Positions 24,301-39,300 of a stretch of 64,000 nt of DNA are shown piece after piece (within the stretch, counting starts at the first letter, position 1; every line of letters begins with the position of its first letter). Where the stretch lies: assembly GCA_964016885.1 (NCBI GenBank), contig OZ024742.1:365862001-365926000 (forward strand), written 5' to 3'. The notes beneath the pieces are model-generated. The model saw nothing but the letters and a program-made list of their open reading frames with translations. It had not been told where the DNA came from and made no database searches. Source of the DNA: Eledone cirrhosa (taxonomy: Eukaryota). The position numbers were made by a program, and so were the translations under genes.

Positions 24301-27300
24301 GTGTTTAGAGCAAGTAAGGCCGTGTGGGTAGAGGTTCTGTTTGGTACCTTGGGATACAGTGTTTAGAGCAAGTAAGGCCGTGTGGGTAGTGGTTCTGTTT
24401 GGTACCTTGGGATAGAGTGTTTAGAGCAAGTAAGGTCGTGTGGGGTAGAGGTTCTGTTTGGTACCTTGGGATACAGTGTTTAGAGCAAGTAAGGCCGTGT
24501 GGGGTAGAGGTTCTGTTTGGTACCTTGGGATACAGTGTTTAGAGCAAGTAAGGTCGTGTGGGGTAGAGGTTCTGTTTGGTACCTTGGGATAGAGTGTTTA
24601 GAGCAAGTAAGGTCGTGTGGGGTAGAGGTTCTGTTTGGTACCTTGGGATAGAGTGTTTAGAGCAAGTAAGGTCGTGTGGGGTAGAGGTTCTGTTTGGTAC
24701 CTTGGGATAGAGTGTTTAGAGCAAGTAAGGCTGTGTGGGGTAGAGGTTCTGTTTGGTACCTTGGGATACAGTGTTTAGAGCAAGTAAGGCTGTGTGGGGT
24801 AGAGGTTCTGTTTGGTACCTTGGGATACAGTGTTTAGAGCAAGTAAGGCTGTGTGGGGTAGAGGTTCTGTTTGGTACCTTGGGATACAGTGTTTAGAGCA
24901 AGTAAGGCCGTGTGGGGTAGAGGTTCTGTTTGGTAAATTGGGATACAGTGTTTAGAGCAAGTAAGGCCGTGTGGGGTAGAGGTTCTGTTTGGTACCTTGG
25001 GATACAGTGTTTAGAGCAAGTAAGGCCGTGTGGGGTAGAGGTTCTGTTTGGTAAATTGGGATACAGTGTTTAGAGCAAGTAAGGCCGTGTGGTGTAGAGG
25101 TTCTGTTTGGTAAATTGGGATACAGTGTTTAGAGCAAGTAAGGCCGTGTGGGTAGAGGTTCTGTTTGGTACCTTGGGATACAGTGTTTAGAGCAAGTAAG
25201 GCCGTGTGGGTAGAGGTTCTGTTTGGTACCTTGGGATACAGTGTTTAGAGCAAGTAAGGCCGTGTGGGGTAGAGGTTCTGTTTGGTACCTTGGGATACAG
25301 TGTTTAGAGCAAGTAAGGTCGTGTGGGGTAGAGGTTCTGTTTGGTACCTTGGGATACAGTGTTTAGAGCAAGTAAGGTCGTGTGGGGTAGAGGTTCTGTT
25401 TGGTACCTTGGGATACAGTGTTTAGAGCAAGTAAGGCCGTGTGGGGTAGAGGTTCTGTTTGGTAAATTGGGATACAGTGTTTAGAGCAAGTAAGGCCGTG
25501 TGGTGTAGAGGTTCTGTTTGGTAAATTGGGATACAGTGTTTAGAGCAAGTAAGGCCGTGTGGGGTAGAGGTTCTGTTTGGTACCTTGGGATAGAGTGTTT
25601 AGAGCAAGTAAGGTCGTGTGGGGTAGAGGTTCTGTTTGGTACCTTGGGATACAGTGTTTAGAGCAAGTAAGGCCGTGTGGGGTAGAGGTTCTGTTTGGTA
25701 AATTGGGATACAGTGTTTAGAGCAAGTAAGGCTGTGTGGGGTAGAGGTTCTGTTTGGTACCCTGGGATAGAGTGTTTAGAGCAAGTAAGGCCGTGTGGGG
25801 TAGAGGTTCTGTTTGGTACCTTGGGATACAGTGTTTAGAGCAAGTAAGGCCGTGTGGTGTAGAGGTTCTGTTTGGTACCTTGGGATACAGTGTTTAGAGC
25901 AAGTAAGGCCGTGTGGTGTAGAGGTTCTGTTTGGTAAATTGGGATACAGTGTTTAGAGCAAGTAAGGCCGTGTGGGTAGAGGTTCTGTTTGGTACCTTGG
26001 GATACAGTGTTTAGAGCAAGTAAGGCCGTGTGGGGTAGAGGTTTTGTTTGGTAAATTGGGATACAGTGTTTAGAGCAAGTAAGGCCGTGTGGGTAGAGGT
26101 TCTGTTTGGTACCTTGGGATACAGTGTTTAGAGCAAGTAAGGCCGTGTGGGGTAGAGGTTCTGTTTGGTAAATTGGGATACAGTGTTTAGAGCAAGTAAG
26201 GCCGTGTGGTGTAGAGGTTCTGTTTGGTAAATTGGGATACAGTGTTTAGAGCAAGTAAGGCCGTGTGGGTAGAGGTTCTGTTTGGTACCTTGGGATACAG
26301 TGTTTAGAGCAAGTAAGGCCGTGTGGGGTAGAGGTTCTGTTTGGTAAATTGGGATACAGTGTTTAGAGCAAGTAAGGCCGTGTGGGTAGAGGTTCTGTTT
26401 GGTACCTTGGGATACAGTGTTTAGAGCAAGTAAGGCCGTGTGGGGTAGAGGTTCTGTTTGGTACCTTGGGATACAGTGTTTAGAGCAAGTAAGGCCGTGT
26501 GGGGTAGAGGTTCTGTTTGGTAAATTGGGATACAGTGTTTAGAGCAAGTAAGGCCGTGTGGTGTAGAGGTTCTGTTTGGTAAATTGGGATACAGTGTTTA
26601 GAGCAAGTAAGGCCGTGTGGGGTAGAGGTTCTGTTTGGTACCTTGGGATAGAGTGTTTAGAGCAAGTAAGGTCGTGTGGGGTAGAGGTTCTGTTTGGTAC
26701 CTTGGGATACAGTGTTTAGAGCAAGTAAGGCCGTGTGGGGTAGAGGTTCTGTTTGGTAAATTGGGATACAGTGTTTAGAGCAAGTAAGGCCGTGTGGTGT
26801 AGAGGTTCTGTTTGGTAAATTGGGATACAGTGTTTAGAGCAAGTAAGGCCGTGTGGGTAGAGGTTCTGTTTGGTACCTTGGGATACAGTGTTTAGAGCAA
26901 GTAAGGCCGTGTGGGGTAGAGGTTCTGTTTGGTAAATTGGGATACAGTGTTTAGAGCAAGTAAGGCCGTGTGGGTAGAGGTTCTGTTTGGTACCTTGGGA
27001 TACAGTGTTTAGAGCAAGTAAGGCCGTGTGGGGTAGAGGTTCTGTTTGGTAAATTGGGATACAGTGTTTAGAGCAAGTAAGGCCGTGTGGTGTAGAGGTT
27101 CTGTTTGGTAAATTGGGATACAGTGTTTAGAGCAAGTAAGGCCGTGTGGGGTAGAGGTTCTGTTTGGTACCTTGGGATAGAGTGTTTAGAGCAAGTAAGG
27201 TCGTGTGGGGTAGAGGTTCTGTTTGGTACCTTGGGATACAGTGTTTAGAGCAAGTAAGGCCGTGTGGGGTAGAGGTTCTGTTTGGTAAATTGGGATACAG

Positions 27301-30300
27301 TGTTTAGAGCAAGTAAGCCTGTGTGGGGTAGAGGTTCTGTTTGGTACCTTGGGATAGAGTGTTTAGAGCAAGTAAGGCCGTGTGGGGTAGAGGTTCTGTT
27401 TGGTACCTTGGGATACAGTGTTTAGAGCAAGTAAGGCCGTGTGGGGTAGAGGTTCTGTTTGGTACCTTGGGATACAGTGTTTAGAGCAAGTAAGGCCGTG
27501 TGGGGTAGAGGTTCTGTTTGGTACCTTGGGATACAGTGTTTAGAGCAAGTAAGGCCGTGTGGGGTAGAGGTTCTGTTTGGTACCTTGGGATACAGTGTTT
27601 AGAGCAAGTAAGGCCGTGTGGGTAGAGGTTCTGTTTGGTACCTTGGGATACAGTGTTTAGAGCAAGTAAGGTCGTGTGGGGTAGAGGTTCTGTTTGGTAC
27701 CTTGGGATACAGTGTTTAGAGCAAGTAAGGCCGTGTGGGTAGAGGTTCTGTTTGGTACCTTGGGATACAGTGTTTAGAGCAAGTAAGGCTGTGTGGGGTA
27801 GAGGTTCTGTTTGGTACCTTGGGATACAGTGTTTAGAGCAAGTAAGGTCGTGTGGGGTAGAGGTTCTGTTTGGTAACTTGGGATACAGGGTTTAGAGCAA
27901 GTAAGGCCGTGTGGGGTAGAGGTTCTGTTTGGTACCTTGGGATACAGTGTTTAGAGCAAGTAAGGCCGTGTGGGTAGAGGTTCTGTTTGGTACCTTGGGA
28001 TAGAGTGTTTAGAGCAAGTAAGGTCGTGTGGGGTAGAGGTTCTGTTTGGTACCTTGGGATACAGTGTTTAGAGCAAGTAAGGCTGTGTGGGGTAGAGGTT
28101 CTGTTTGGTACCTTGGGATAGAGTGTTTAGAGCAAGTAAGGCCGTGTGGGTAGAGGTTCTGTTTGGTACCTTGGGATACAGTGTTTAGAGCAAGTAAGGC
28201 TGTGTGGGGTAGAGGTTCTGTTTGGTACCTTGGGATAGAGTGTTTAGAGCAAGTAAGGTCGTGTGGGGTAGAGGTTCTGTTTGGTACCTTGGGATACAGT
28301 GTTTAGAGCAAGTAAGGCCGTGTGGGTAGTGGTTCTGTTTGGTACCTTGGGATAGAGTGTTTAGAGCAAGTAAGGTCGTGTGGGGTAGAGGTTCTGTTTG
28401 GTACCTTGGGATACAGTGTTTAGAGCAAGTAAGGCCGTGTGGGGTAGAGGTTCTGTTTGGTACCTTGGGATACAGTGTTTAGAGCAAGTAAGGCTGTGTG
28501 GGGTAGAGGTTCTGTTTGGTACCTTGGGATACAGTGTTTAGAGCAAGTAAGGCCGTGTGGGTAGAGGTTCTGTTTGGTACCTTGGGATACAGTGTTTAGA
28601 GCAAGTAAGGCCGTGTGGGTAGTGGTTCTGTTTGGTACCTTGGGATAGAGTGTTTAGAGCAAGTAAGGTCGTGTGGGGTAGAGGTTCTGTTTGGTACCTT
28701 GGGATACAGTGTTTAGAGCAAGTAAGGCCGTGTGGGGTAGAGGTTCTGTTTGGTACCTTGGGATACAGTGTTTAGAGCAAGTAGGGTCGTGTGGGGTAGA
28801 GGTTCTGTTTGGTACCTTGGGATAGAGTGTTTAGAGCAAGTAAGGTCGTGTGGGGTAGAGGTTCTGTTTGGTACCTTGGGATAGAGTGTTTAGAGCAAGT
28901 AAGGTCGTGTGGGGTAGAGGTTCTGTTTGGTACCTTGGGATAGAGTGTTTAGAGCAAGTAAGGCTGTGTGGGGTAGAGGTTCTGTTTGGTACCTTGGGAT
29001 ACAGTGTTTAGAGCAAGTAAGGCTGTGTGGGGTAGAGGTTCTGTTTGGTACCTTGGGATACAGTGTTTAGAGCAAGTAAGGCTGTGTGGGGTAGAGGTTC
29101 TGTTTGGTACCTTGGGATACAGTGTTTAGAGCAAGTAAGGCCGTGTGGGGTAGAGGTTCTGTTTGGTAAATTGGGATACAGTGTTTAGAGCAAGTAAGGC
29201 CGTGTGGGGTAGAGGTTCTGTTTGGTACCTTGGGATACAGTGTTTAGAGCAAGTAAGGCCGTGTGGGGTAGAGGTTCTGTTTGGTAAATTGGGATACAGT
29301 GTTTAGAGCAAGTAAGGCCGTGTGGTGTAGAGGTTCTGTTTGGTAAATTGGGATACAGTGTTTAGAGCAAGTAAGGCCGTGTGGGTAGAGGTTCTGTTTG
29401 GTACCTTGGGATACAGTGTTTAGAGCAAGTAAGGCCGTGTGGGTAGAGGTTCTGTTTGGTACCTTGGGATACAGTGTTTAGAGCAAGTAAGGCCGTGTGG
29501 GGTAGAGGTTCTGTTTGGTACCTTGGGATACAGTGTTTAGAGCAAGTAAGGTCGTGTGGGGTAGAGGTTCTGTTTGGTACCTTGGGATACAGTGTTTAGA
29601 GCAAGTAAGGCCGTGTGGGGTAGAGGTTCTGTTTGGTACCTTGGGATACAGTGTTTAGAGCAAGTAAGGCCGTGTGGGGTAGAGGTTCTGTTTGGTAAAT
29701 TGGGATACAGTGTTTAGAGCAAGTAAGGCCGTGTGGTGTAGAGGTTCTGTTTGGTAAATTGGGATACAGTGTTTAGAGCAAGTAAGGCCGTGTGGGGTAG
29801 AGGTTCTGTTTGGTACCTTGGGATAGAGTGTTTAGAGCAAGTAAGGTCGTGTGGGGTAGAGGTTCTGTTTGGTACCTTGGGATACAGTGTTTAGAGCAAG
29901 TAAGGCCGTGTGGGGTAGAGGTTCTGTTTGGTAAATTGGGATACAGTGTTTAGAGCAAGTAAGGCCGTGTGGTGTAGAGGTTCTGTTTGGTAAATTGGGA
30001 TACAGTGTTTAGAGCAAGTAAGGCCGTGTGGGTAGAGGTTCTGTTTGGTACCTTGGGATACAGTGTTTAGAGCAAGTAAGGCCGTGTGGGGTAGAGGTTC
30101 TGTTTGGTAAATTGGGATACAGTGTTTAGAGCAAGTAAGGCCGTGTGGGTAGAGGTTCTGTTTGGTACCTTGGGATACAGTGTTTAGAGCAAGTAAGGCC
30201 GTGTGGGGTAGAGGTTCTGTTTGGTAAATTGGGATACAGTGTTTAGAGCAAGTAAGGCCGTGTGGTGTAGAGGTTCTGTTTGGTAAATTGGGATACAGTG

Positions 30301-33300
30301 TTTAGAGCAAGTAAGGCCGTGTGGGGTAGAGGTTCTGTTTGGTACCTTGGGATAGAGTGTTTAGAGCAAGTAAGGTCGTGTGGGGTAGAGGTTCTGTTTG
30401 GTACCTTGGGATACAGTGTTTAGAGCAAGTAAGGCCGTGTGGGGTAGAGGTTCTGTTTGGTAAATTGGGATACAGTGTTTAGAGCAAGTAAGGCTGTGTG
30501 GGGTAGAGGTTCTGTTTGGTACCTTGGGATAGAGTGTTTAGAGCAAGTAAGGCCGTGTGGGGTAGAGGTTCTGTTTGGTACCTTGGGATACAGTGTTTAG
30601 AGCAAGTAAGGCCGTGTGGGGTAGAGGTTCTGTTTGGTACCTTGGGATACAGTGTTTAGAGCAAGTAAGGCCGTGTGGGGTAGAGGTTCTGTTTGGTACC
30701 TTGGGATACAGTGTTTAGAGCAAGTAAGGCCGTGTGGGGTAGAGGTTCTGTTTGGTACCTTGGGATACAGTGTTTAGAGCAAGTAAGGTCGTGTGGGGTA
30801 GAGGTTCTGTTTGGTACCTTGGGATACAGTGTTTAGAGCAAGTAAGGCCGTGTGGGGTAGAGGTTCTGTTTGGTAAATTGGGATACAGTGTTTAGAGCAA
30901 GTAAGGCCGTGTGGGGTAGAGGTTCTGTTTGGTACCTTGGGATACAGTGTTTAGAGCAAGTAAGGCCGTGTGGGGTAGAGGTTCTGTTTGGTACCTTGGG
31001 ATACAGTGTTTAGAGCAAGTAAGGCTGTGTGGGTAGAGGTTCTGTTTGGTACCCTGGGATACAGTGTTTAGAGCAAGTAAGGCCGTGTGGGGTAGAGGTT
31101 CTGTTTGGTACCTTGGGATACAGTGTTTAGAGCAAGTAAGGCCGTGTGGGGTAGAGGTTCTGTTTGGTACCTTGGGATAGAGTGTTTAGAGCAAGTAAGG
31201 CCGTGTGGGGTAGAGGTTCTGTTTGGTACCTTGGGATACAGTGTTTAGAGCAAGTAAGGCCGTGTGGGGTAGAGGTTCTGTTTGGTACCTTGGGATACAG
31301 TGTTTAGAGCAAGTAAGGCCGTGTGGGGTAGAGGTTCTGTTTGGTACCTTGGGATACAGTGTTTAGAGCAAGTAAGGCTGTGTGGGGTAGAGGTTCTGTT
31401 TGGTACCTTGGGATACAGTGTTTAGAGCAAGTAAGGCCGTGTGGGGTAGAGGTTCTGTTTGGTAAATTGGGATACAGTGTTTAGAGCAAGTAAGGTCGTG
31501 TGGGGTAGAGGTTCTGTTTGGTAAATTGGGATACAGTGTTTAGAGCAAGTAAGGTCGTGTGAGGTAGAGGTTCTGTTTGGTAAATTGGGATACAGTGTTT
31601 AGAGCAAGTAAGGTCGTGTGGGGTAGAGGTTCTGTTTGGTAAATTGGGATACAGTGTTTAGAGCAAGTAAGGTCGTGTGGGGTAGAGGTTCTGTTTGGTA
31701 CCCTGGCATACAGTGTTTAGAGCAAGTAAGGCCGTGTGGGGTAGAGGTTCTGTTTGGTAAATTGGGATACAGTGTTTAGAGCAAGTAAGGTCGTGTGGGG
31801 TAGAGGTTCTGTTTGGTAAATTGGGATACAGTGTTTAGAGCAAGTAAGGTCGTGTGGGGTAGAGGTTCTGTTTGGTAAATTGGGATACAGTGTTTAGAGC
31901 AAGTAAGGTCGTGTGGGGTAGAGGTTCTGTTTGGTAAATTGGGATACAGTGTTTAGAGCAAGTAAGGTCGTGTGGGGTAGAGGTTCTGTTTGGTACCCTG
32001 GCATACAGTGTTTAGAGCAAGTAAGGCCGTGTGGGGTAGAGGTTCTGTTTGGTACCTTGGGATACAGTGTTTAGAGCAAGTAAGGCCGTGTGGGGTAGAG
32101 GTTCTGTTTGGTACCTTGGGATACAGTGTTTAGAGCAAGTAAGGCCGTGTGGGGTAGAGGTTCTGTTTGGTACCTTGGGATACAGTGTTTAGAGCAAGTA
32201 AGGCCGTGTGGGTAGAGGTTCTGTTTGGTAAATTGGGATACAGTGTTTAGAGCAAGTAAGGCTGTGTGGGGTAGAGGTTCTGTTTGGTACCTTGGGATAC
32301 AGTGTTTAGAGCAAGTAAGGCTGTGTGGGGTAGAGGTTCTGTTTGGTACCTTGGGATACAGTGTTTAGAGCAAGTAAGGCCGTGTGGGGTAGAGGTTCTG
32401 TTTGGTACCTTGGGATACAGTGTTTAGAGCAAGTAAGGCTGTGTGGGGTAGAGGTTCTGTTTTGTACCTTGGGATACAGTGTTTAGAGCAAGTAAGGCCG
32501 TGTGGGTAGAGGTTCTGTTTGGTACCTTGGGATACAGTGTTTAGAGCAAGTAAGGCTGTGTGGGGTAGAGGTTCTGTTTGGTAAATTGGGATACAGTGTT
32601 TAGAGCAAGTAAGGCTGTGTGGGGTAGAGGTTCTGTTTTGTACCTTGGGATACAGTGTTTAGAGCAAGTAAGGCCGTGTGGGTAGAGGTTCTGTTTGGTA
32701 CCTTGGGATACAGTGTTTAGAGCAAGTAAGGCTGTGTGGGGTAGAGGTTCTGTTTGGTACCTTGGGATACAGTGTTTAGAGCAAGTAAGGCCGTGTGGGT
32801 AGAGGTTCTGTTTGGTACCTTGGGATACAGTGTTTAGAGCAAGTAAGGCCGTGTGGGTAGAGGTTCTGTTTGGTACCTTGGGATACAGTGTTTAGAGCAA
32901 GTAAGGCTGTGTGGGGTAGAGGTTCTGTTTGGTACCTTGGGATACAGTGTTTAGAGCAAGTAAGGCCGTGTGGGTAGAGGTTCTGTTTTGTACCTTGGGA
33001 TACAGTGTTTAGAGCAAGTAAGGCCGTGTGGGTAGAGGTTCTGTTTGGTACCTTGGGATACAGTGTTTAGAGCAAGTAAGGCCGTGTGGGTAGAGGTTCT
33101 GTTTGGTACCTTGGGATACAGTGTTTAGAGCAAGTAAGGCTGTGTGGGGTAGAGGTTCTGTTTGGTAAATTGGGATACAGTGTTTAGAGCAAGTAAGGCT
33201 GTGTGGGGTAGAGGTTCTGTTTTGTACCTTGGGATACAGTGTTTAGAGCAAGTAAGGCCGTGTGGGTAGAGGTTCTGTTTGGTACCTTGGGATACAGTGT

Positions 33301-36300
33301 TTAGAGCAAGTAAGGCTGTGTGGGGTAGAGGTTCTGTTTGGTAAATTGGGATACAGTGTTTAGAGCAAGTAAGGCTGTGTGGGGTAGAGGTTCTGTTTGG
33401 TACCTTGGGATACAGTGTTTAGAGCAAGTAAGGCCGTGTGGGGTAGAGGTTCTGTTTGGTAACTTGGGATACAGTGTTTAGAGCAAGTAAGGCCGTGTGG
33501 GGTAGAGGTTCTGTTTGGTAAATTGGGATACAGTGTTTAGAGCAAGTAAGGCCGTGTGGGGTAGAGGTTCTGTTTGGTACCTTGGGATACAGTGTTTAGA
33601 GCAAGTAAGGTCGTGTGGGGTAGAGGTTCTGTTTGGTACCTTGGGATACAGTGTTTAGAGCAAGTAAGGCCGTGTGGGGTAGAGGTTCTGTTTGGTAAAT
33701 TGGGATACAGTGTTTAGAGCAAGTAAGGCCGTGTGGGGTAGAGGTTCTGTTTGGTACCTTGGGATACAGTGTTTAGAGCAAGTAAGGCCGTGTGGGGTAG
33801 AGGTTCTGTTTGGTACCTTGGGATACAGTGTTTAGAGCAAGTAAGGCTGTGTGGGTAGAGGTTCTGTTTGGTACCCTGGGATACAGTGTTTAGAGCAAGT
33901 AAGGCCGTGTGGGGTAGAGGTTCTGTTTGGTACCTTGGGATACAGTGTTTAGAGCAAGTAAGGCCGTGTGGGGTAGAGGTTCTGTTTGGTACCTTGGGAT
34001 AGAGTGTTTAGAGCAAGTAAGGCCGTGTGGGGTAGAGGTTCTGTTTGGTACCTTGGGATACAGTGTTTAGAGCAAGTAAGGCCGTGTGGGGTAGAGGTTC
34101 TGTTTGGTACCTTGGGATACAGTGTTTAGAGCAAGTAAGGCCGTGTGGGGTAGAGGTTCTGTTTGGTACCTTGGGATACAGTGTTTAGAGCAAGTAAGGC
34201 TGTGTGGGGTAGAGGTTCTGTTTGGTACCTTGGGATACAGTGTTTAGAGCAAGTAAGGCCGTGTGGGGTAGAGGTTCTGTTTGGTAAATTGGGATACAGT
34301 GTTTAGAGCAAGTAAGGTCGTGTGGGGTAGAGGTTCTGTTTGGTAAATTGGGATACAGTGTTTAGAGCAAGTAAGGTCGTGTGAGGTAGAGGTTCTGTTT
34401 GGTAAATTGGGATACAGTGTTTAGAGCAAGTAAGGTCGTGTGGGGTAGAGGTTCTGTTTGGTAAATTGGGATACAGTGTTTAGAGCAAGTAAGGTCGTGT
34501 GGGGTAGAGGTTCTGTTTGGTACCCTGGCATACAGTGTTTAGAGCAAGTAAGGCCGTGTGGGGTAGAGGTTCTGTTTGGTAAATTGGGATACAGTGTTTA
34601 GAGCAAGTAAGGTCGTGTGGGGTAGAGGTTCTGTTTGGTAAATTGGGATACAGTGTTTAGAGCAAGTAAGGTCGTGTGGGGTAGAGGTTCTGTTTGGTAA
34701 ATTGGGATACAGTGTTTAGAGCAAGTAAGGTCGTGTGGGGTAGAGGTTCTGTTTGGTAAATTGGGATACAGTGTTTAGAGCAAGTAAGGTCGTGTGGGGT
34801 AGAGGTTCTGTTTGGTACCCTGGCATACAGTGTTTAGAGCAAGTAAGGCCGTGTGGGGTAGAGGTTCTGTTTGGTACCTTGGGATACAGTGTTTAGAGCA
34901 AGTAAGGCCGTGTGGGGTAGAGGTTCTGTTTGGTACCTTGGGATACAGTGTTTAGAGCAAGTAAGGCCGTGTGGGGTAGAGGTTCTGTTTGGTACCTTGG
35001 GATACAGTGTTTAGAGCAAGTAAGGCCGTGTGGGTAGAGGTTCTGTTTGGTAAATTGGGATACAGTGTTTAGAGCAAGTAAGGCTGTGTGGGGTAGAGGT
35101 TCTGTTTGGTACCTTGGGATACAGTGTTTAGAGCAAGTAAGGCTGTGTGGGGTAGAGGTTCTGTTTGGTACCTTGGGATACAGTGTTTAGAGCAAGTAAG
35201 GCCGTGTGGGGTAGAGGTTCTGTTTGGTACCTTGGGATACAGTGTTTAGAGCAAGTAAGGCTGTGTGGGGTAGAGGTTCTGTTTTGTACCTTGGGATACA
35301 GTGTTTAGAGCAAGTAAGGCCGTGTGGGTAGAGGTTCTGTTTGGTACCTTGGGATACAGTGTTTAGAGCAAGTAAGGCTGTGTGGGGTAGAGGTTCTGTT
35401 TGGTAAATTGGGATACAGTGTTTAGAGCAAGTAAGGCTGTGTGGGGTAGAGGTTCTGTTTTGTACCTTGGGATACAGTGTTTAGAGCAAGTAAGGCCGTG
35501 TGGGTAGAGGTTCTGTTTGGTACCTTGGGATACAGTGTTTAGAGCAAGTAAGGCTGTGTGGGGTAGAGGTTCTGTTTGGTACCTTGGGATACAGTGTTTA
35601 GAGCAAGTAAGGCCGTGTGGGTAGAGGTTCTGTTTGGTACCTTGGGATACAGTGTTTAGAGCAAGTAAGGCCGTGTGGGTAGAGGTTCTGTTTGGTACCT
35701 TGGGATACAGTGTTTAGAGCAAGTAAGGCTGTGTGGGGTAGAGGTTCTGTTTGGTACCTTGGGATACAGTGTTTAGAGCAAGTAAGGCCGTGTGGGGTAG
35801 AGGTTCTGTTTTGTACCTTGGGATACAGTGTTTAGAGCAAGTAAGGCCGTGTGGGTAGAGGTTCTGTTTGGTACCTTGGGATACAGTGTTTAGAGCAAGT
35901 AAGGCCGTGTGGGTAGAGGTTCTGTTTGGTACCTTGGGATACAGTGTTTAGAGCAAGTAAGGCTGTGTGGGGTAGAGGTTCTGTTTGGTAAATTGGGATA
36001 CAGTGTTTAGAGCAAGTAAGGCTGTGTGGGGTAGAGGTTCTGTTTTGTACCTTGGGATACAGTGTTTAGAGCAAGTAAGGCCGTGTGGGTAGAGGTTCTG
36101 TTTGGTACCTTGGGATACAGTGTTTAGAGCAAGTAAGGCTGTGTGGGGTAGAGGTTCTGTTTGGTAAATTGGGATACAGTGTTTAGAGCAAGTAAGGCTG
36201 TGTGGGGTAGAGGTTCTGTTTGGTACCTTGGGATACAGTGTTTAGAGCAAGTAAGGCCGTGTGGGGTAGAGGTTCTGTTTGGTAACTTGGGATACAGTGT

Positions 36301-39300
36301 TTAGAGCAAGTAAGGCCGTGTGGGGTAGAGGTTCTGTTTGGTAAATTGGGATACAGTGTTTAGAGCAAGTAAAGCCGTGTGGGGTAGAGGTTCTGTTTGG
36401 TACCTTGGGATACAGTGTTTAGAGCAAGTAAGGCTGTGTGGGGTAGAGGTTCTGTTTGGTAAATTGGGATACAGTGTTTAGAGCAAGTAAGGTCGTGTGG
36501 GGTAGAGGTTCTGTTTGGTACCTTGGGATACAGTGTTTAGAGCAAGTAAGGCTGTGTGGGTTAGAGGTTCTGTTTGGTAACTTGGGATACAGTGTTTAGA
36601 GCAAGTAAGGCCGTGTGGGGTAGAGGTTCTGTTTGGTAAATTGGGATACAGTGTTTAGAGCAAGTAAAGGCCGTGTGGGGTAGAGGTTCTGTTTGGTACC
36701 TTGGGATACAGTGTTTAGAGCAAGTAAGGCTGTGTGGGGTAGAGGTTCTGTTTGGTACCTTGGGATACAGTGTTTAGAGCAAGTAAGGCCGTGTGGGGTA
36801 GAGGTTCTGTTTGGTAAATTGGGATACAGTGTTTAGAGCAAGTAAGGCCGTGTGGGTAGAGGTTCTGTTTGGTACCTTGGGATACAGTGTTTAGAGCAAG
36901 TAAGGCCGTGTGGGTAGAGGTTCTGTTTGGTACCTTGGGATACAGTGTTTAGAGCAAGTAAGGCCGTGTGGGGTAGAGGTTCTGTTTGGTACCTTGGGAT
37001 ACAGTGTTTAGAGCAAGTAAGGCCGTGTGGGTAGAGGTTCTGTTTGGTACCTTGGGATACAGTGTTTAGAGCAAGTAAGGCTGTGTGGGGTAGAGGTTCT
37101 GTTTGGTACCTTGGGATACAGTGTTTAGAGCAAGTAAGGCCGTGTGGGTAGAGGTTCTGTTTGGTAAATTGGGATACAGTGTTTAGAGCAAGTAAGGCTG
37201 TGTGGGGTAGAGGTTCTGTTTGGTACCTTGGGATACAGTGTTTAGAGCAAGTAAGGCCGTGTGGGGTAGAGGTTCTGTTTGGTACCTTGGGATACAGTGT
37301 TTAGAGCAAGTAAGGCCGTGTGGGTAGAGGTTCTGTTTGGTAAATTGGGATACAGTGTTTAGAGCAAGTAAGGCTGTGTGGGGTAGAGGTTCTGTTTGGT
37401 ACCTTGGGATACAGTGTTTAGAGCAAGTAAGGCCGTGTGGGTAGAGGTTCTGTTTGGTAAATTGGGATACAGTGTTTAGAGCAAGTAAGGCTGTGTGGGG
37501 TAGAGGTTCTGTTTGGTACCTTGGGATACAGTGTTTAGAGCAAGTAAGGCCGTGTGGGTAGAGGTTCTGTTTGGTACCTTGGGATACAGTGTTTAGAGCA
37601 AGTAAGGCCGTGTGGGGTAGAGGTTCTGTTTGGTACCTTGGGATACAGTGTTTAGAGCAAGTAAGGCCGTGTGGGTAGAGGTTCTGTTTGGTACCTTGGG
37701 ATACAGTGTTTAGAGCAAGTAAGGCCGTGTGGGTAGAGGTTCTGTTTGGTAAATTGGGATACAGTGTTTAGAGCAAGTAAGGCTGTGTGGGGTAGAGGTT
37801 CTGTTTGGTACCTTGGGATACAGTGTTTAGAGCAAGTAAGGCCGTGTGGGTAGAGGTTCTGTTTGGTACCTTGGGATACAGTGTTTAGAGCAAGTAAGGC
37901 CGTGTGGGGTAGAGGTTCTGTTTGGTACCTTGGGATACAGTGTTTAGAGCAAGTAAGGCCGTGTGGGTAGAGGTTCTGTTTGGTACCTTGGGATACAGTG
38001 TTTAGAGCAAGTAAGGCTGTGTGGGGTAGAGGTTCTGTTTGGTACCTTGGGATACAGTGTTTAGAGCAAGTAAGGCCGTGTGGGTAGAGGTTCTGTTTGG
38101 TAAATTGGGATACAGTGTTTAGAGCAAGTAAGGCCGTGTGGGTAGAGGTTCTGTTTGGTACCTTGGGATACAGTGTTTAGAGCAAGTAAGGCCGTGTGGG
38201 TAGAGGTTCTGTTTGGTACCTTGGGATACAGTGTTTAGAGCAAGTAAGGCTGTGTGGGGTAGAGGTTCTGTTTGGTACCTTGGGATACAGTGTTTAGAGC
38301 AAGTAAGGCCGTGTGGGTAGAGGTTCTGTTTGGTACCTTGGGATACAGTGTTTAGAGCAAGTAAGGCTGTGTGGGGTAGAGGTTCTGTTTGGTACCTTGG
38401 GATACAGTGTTTAGAGCAAGTAAGGCCGTGTGGGTAGAGGTTCTGTTTGGTACCTTGGGATACAGTGTTTAGAGCAAGTAAGGCTGTGTGGGGTAGAGGT
38501 TCTGTTTGGTACCTTGGGATACAGTGTTTAGAGCAAGTAAGGCCGTGTGGGTAGAGGTTCTGTTTGGTACCTTGGGATACAGTGTTTAGAGCAAGTAAGG
38601 CTGTGTGGGGTAGAGGTTCTGTTTGGTACCTTGGGATACAGTGTTTAGAGCAAGTAAGGCCGTGTGGGTAGAGGTTCTGTTTGGTACCTTGGGATACAGT
38701 GTTTAGAGCAAGTAAGGCTGTGTGGGGTAGAGGTTCTGTTTGGTACCTTGGGATACAGTGTTTAGAGCAAGTAAGGCCGTGTGGGTAGAGGTTCTGTTTG
38801 GTACCTTGGGATACAGTGTTTAGAGCAAGTAAGGCTGTGTGGGGTAGAGGTTCTGTTTGGTACCTTGGGATACAGTGTTTAGAGCAAGTAAGGCCGTGTG
38901 GGTAGAGGTTCTGTTTGGTAAATTGGGATACAGTGTTTAGAGCAAGTAAGGCTGTGTGGGGTAGAGGTTCTGTTTGGTACCTTGGGATACAGTGTTTAGA
39001 GCAAGTAAGGCCGTGTGGGTAGAGGTTCTGTTTGGTACCTTGGGATACAGTGTTTAGAGCAAGTAAGGCTGTGTGGGGTAGAGGTTCTGTTTGGTACCTT
39101 GGGATACAGTGTTTAGAGCAAGTAAGGCCGTGTGGGTAGAGGTTCTGTTTGGTACCTTGGGATACAGTGTTTAGAGCAAGTAAGGCTGTGTGGGGTAGAG
39201 GTTCTGTTTGGTACCTTGGGATACAGTGTTTAGAGCAAGTAAGGCCGTGTGGGTAGAGGTTCTGTTTGGTACCTTGGGATACAGTGTTTAGAGCAAGTAA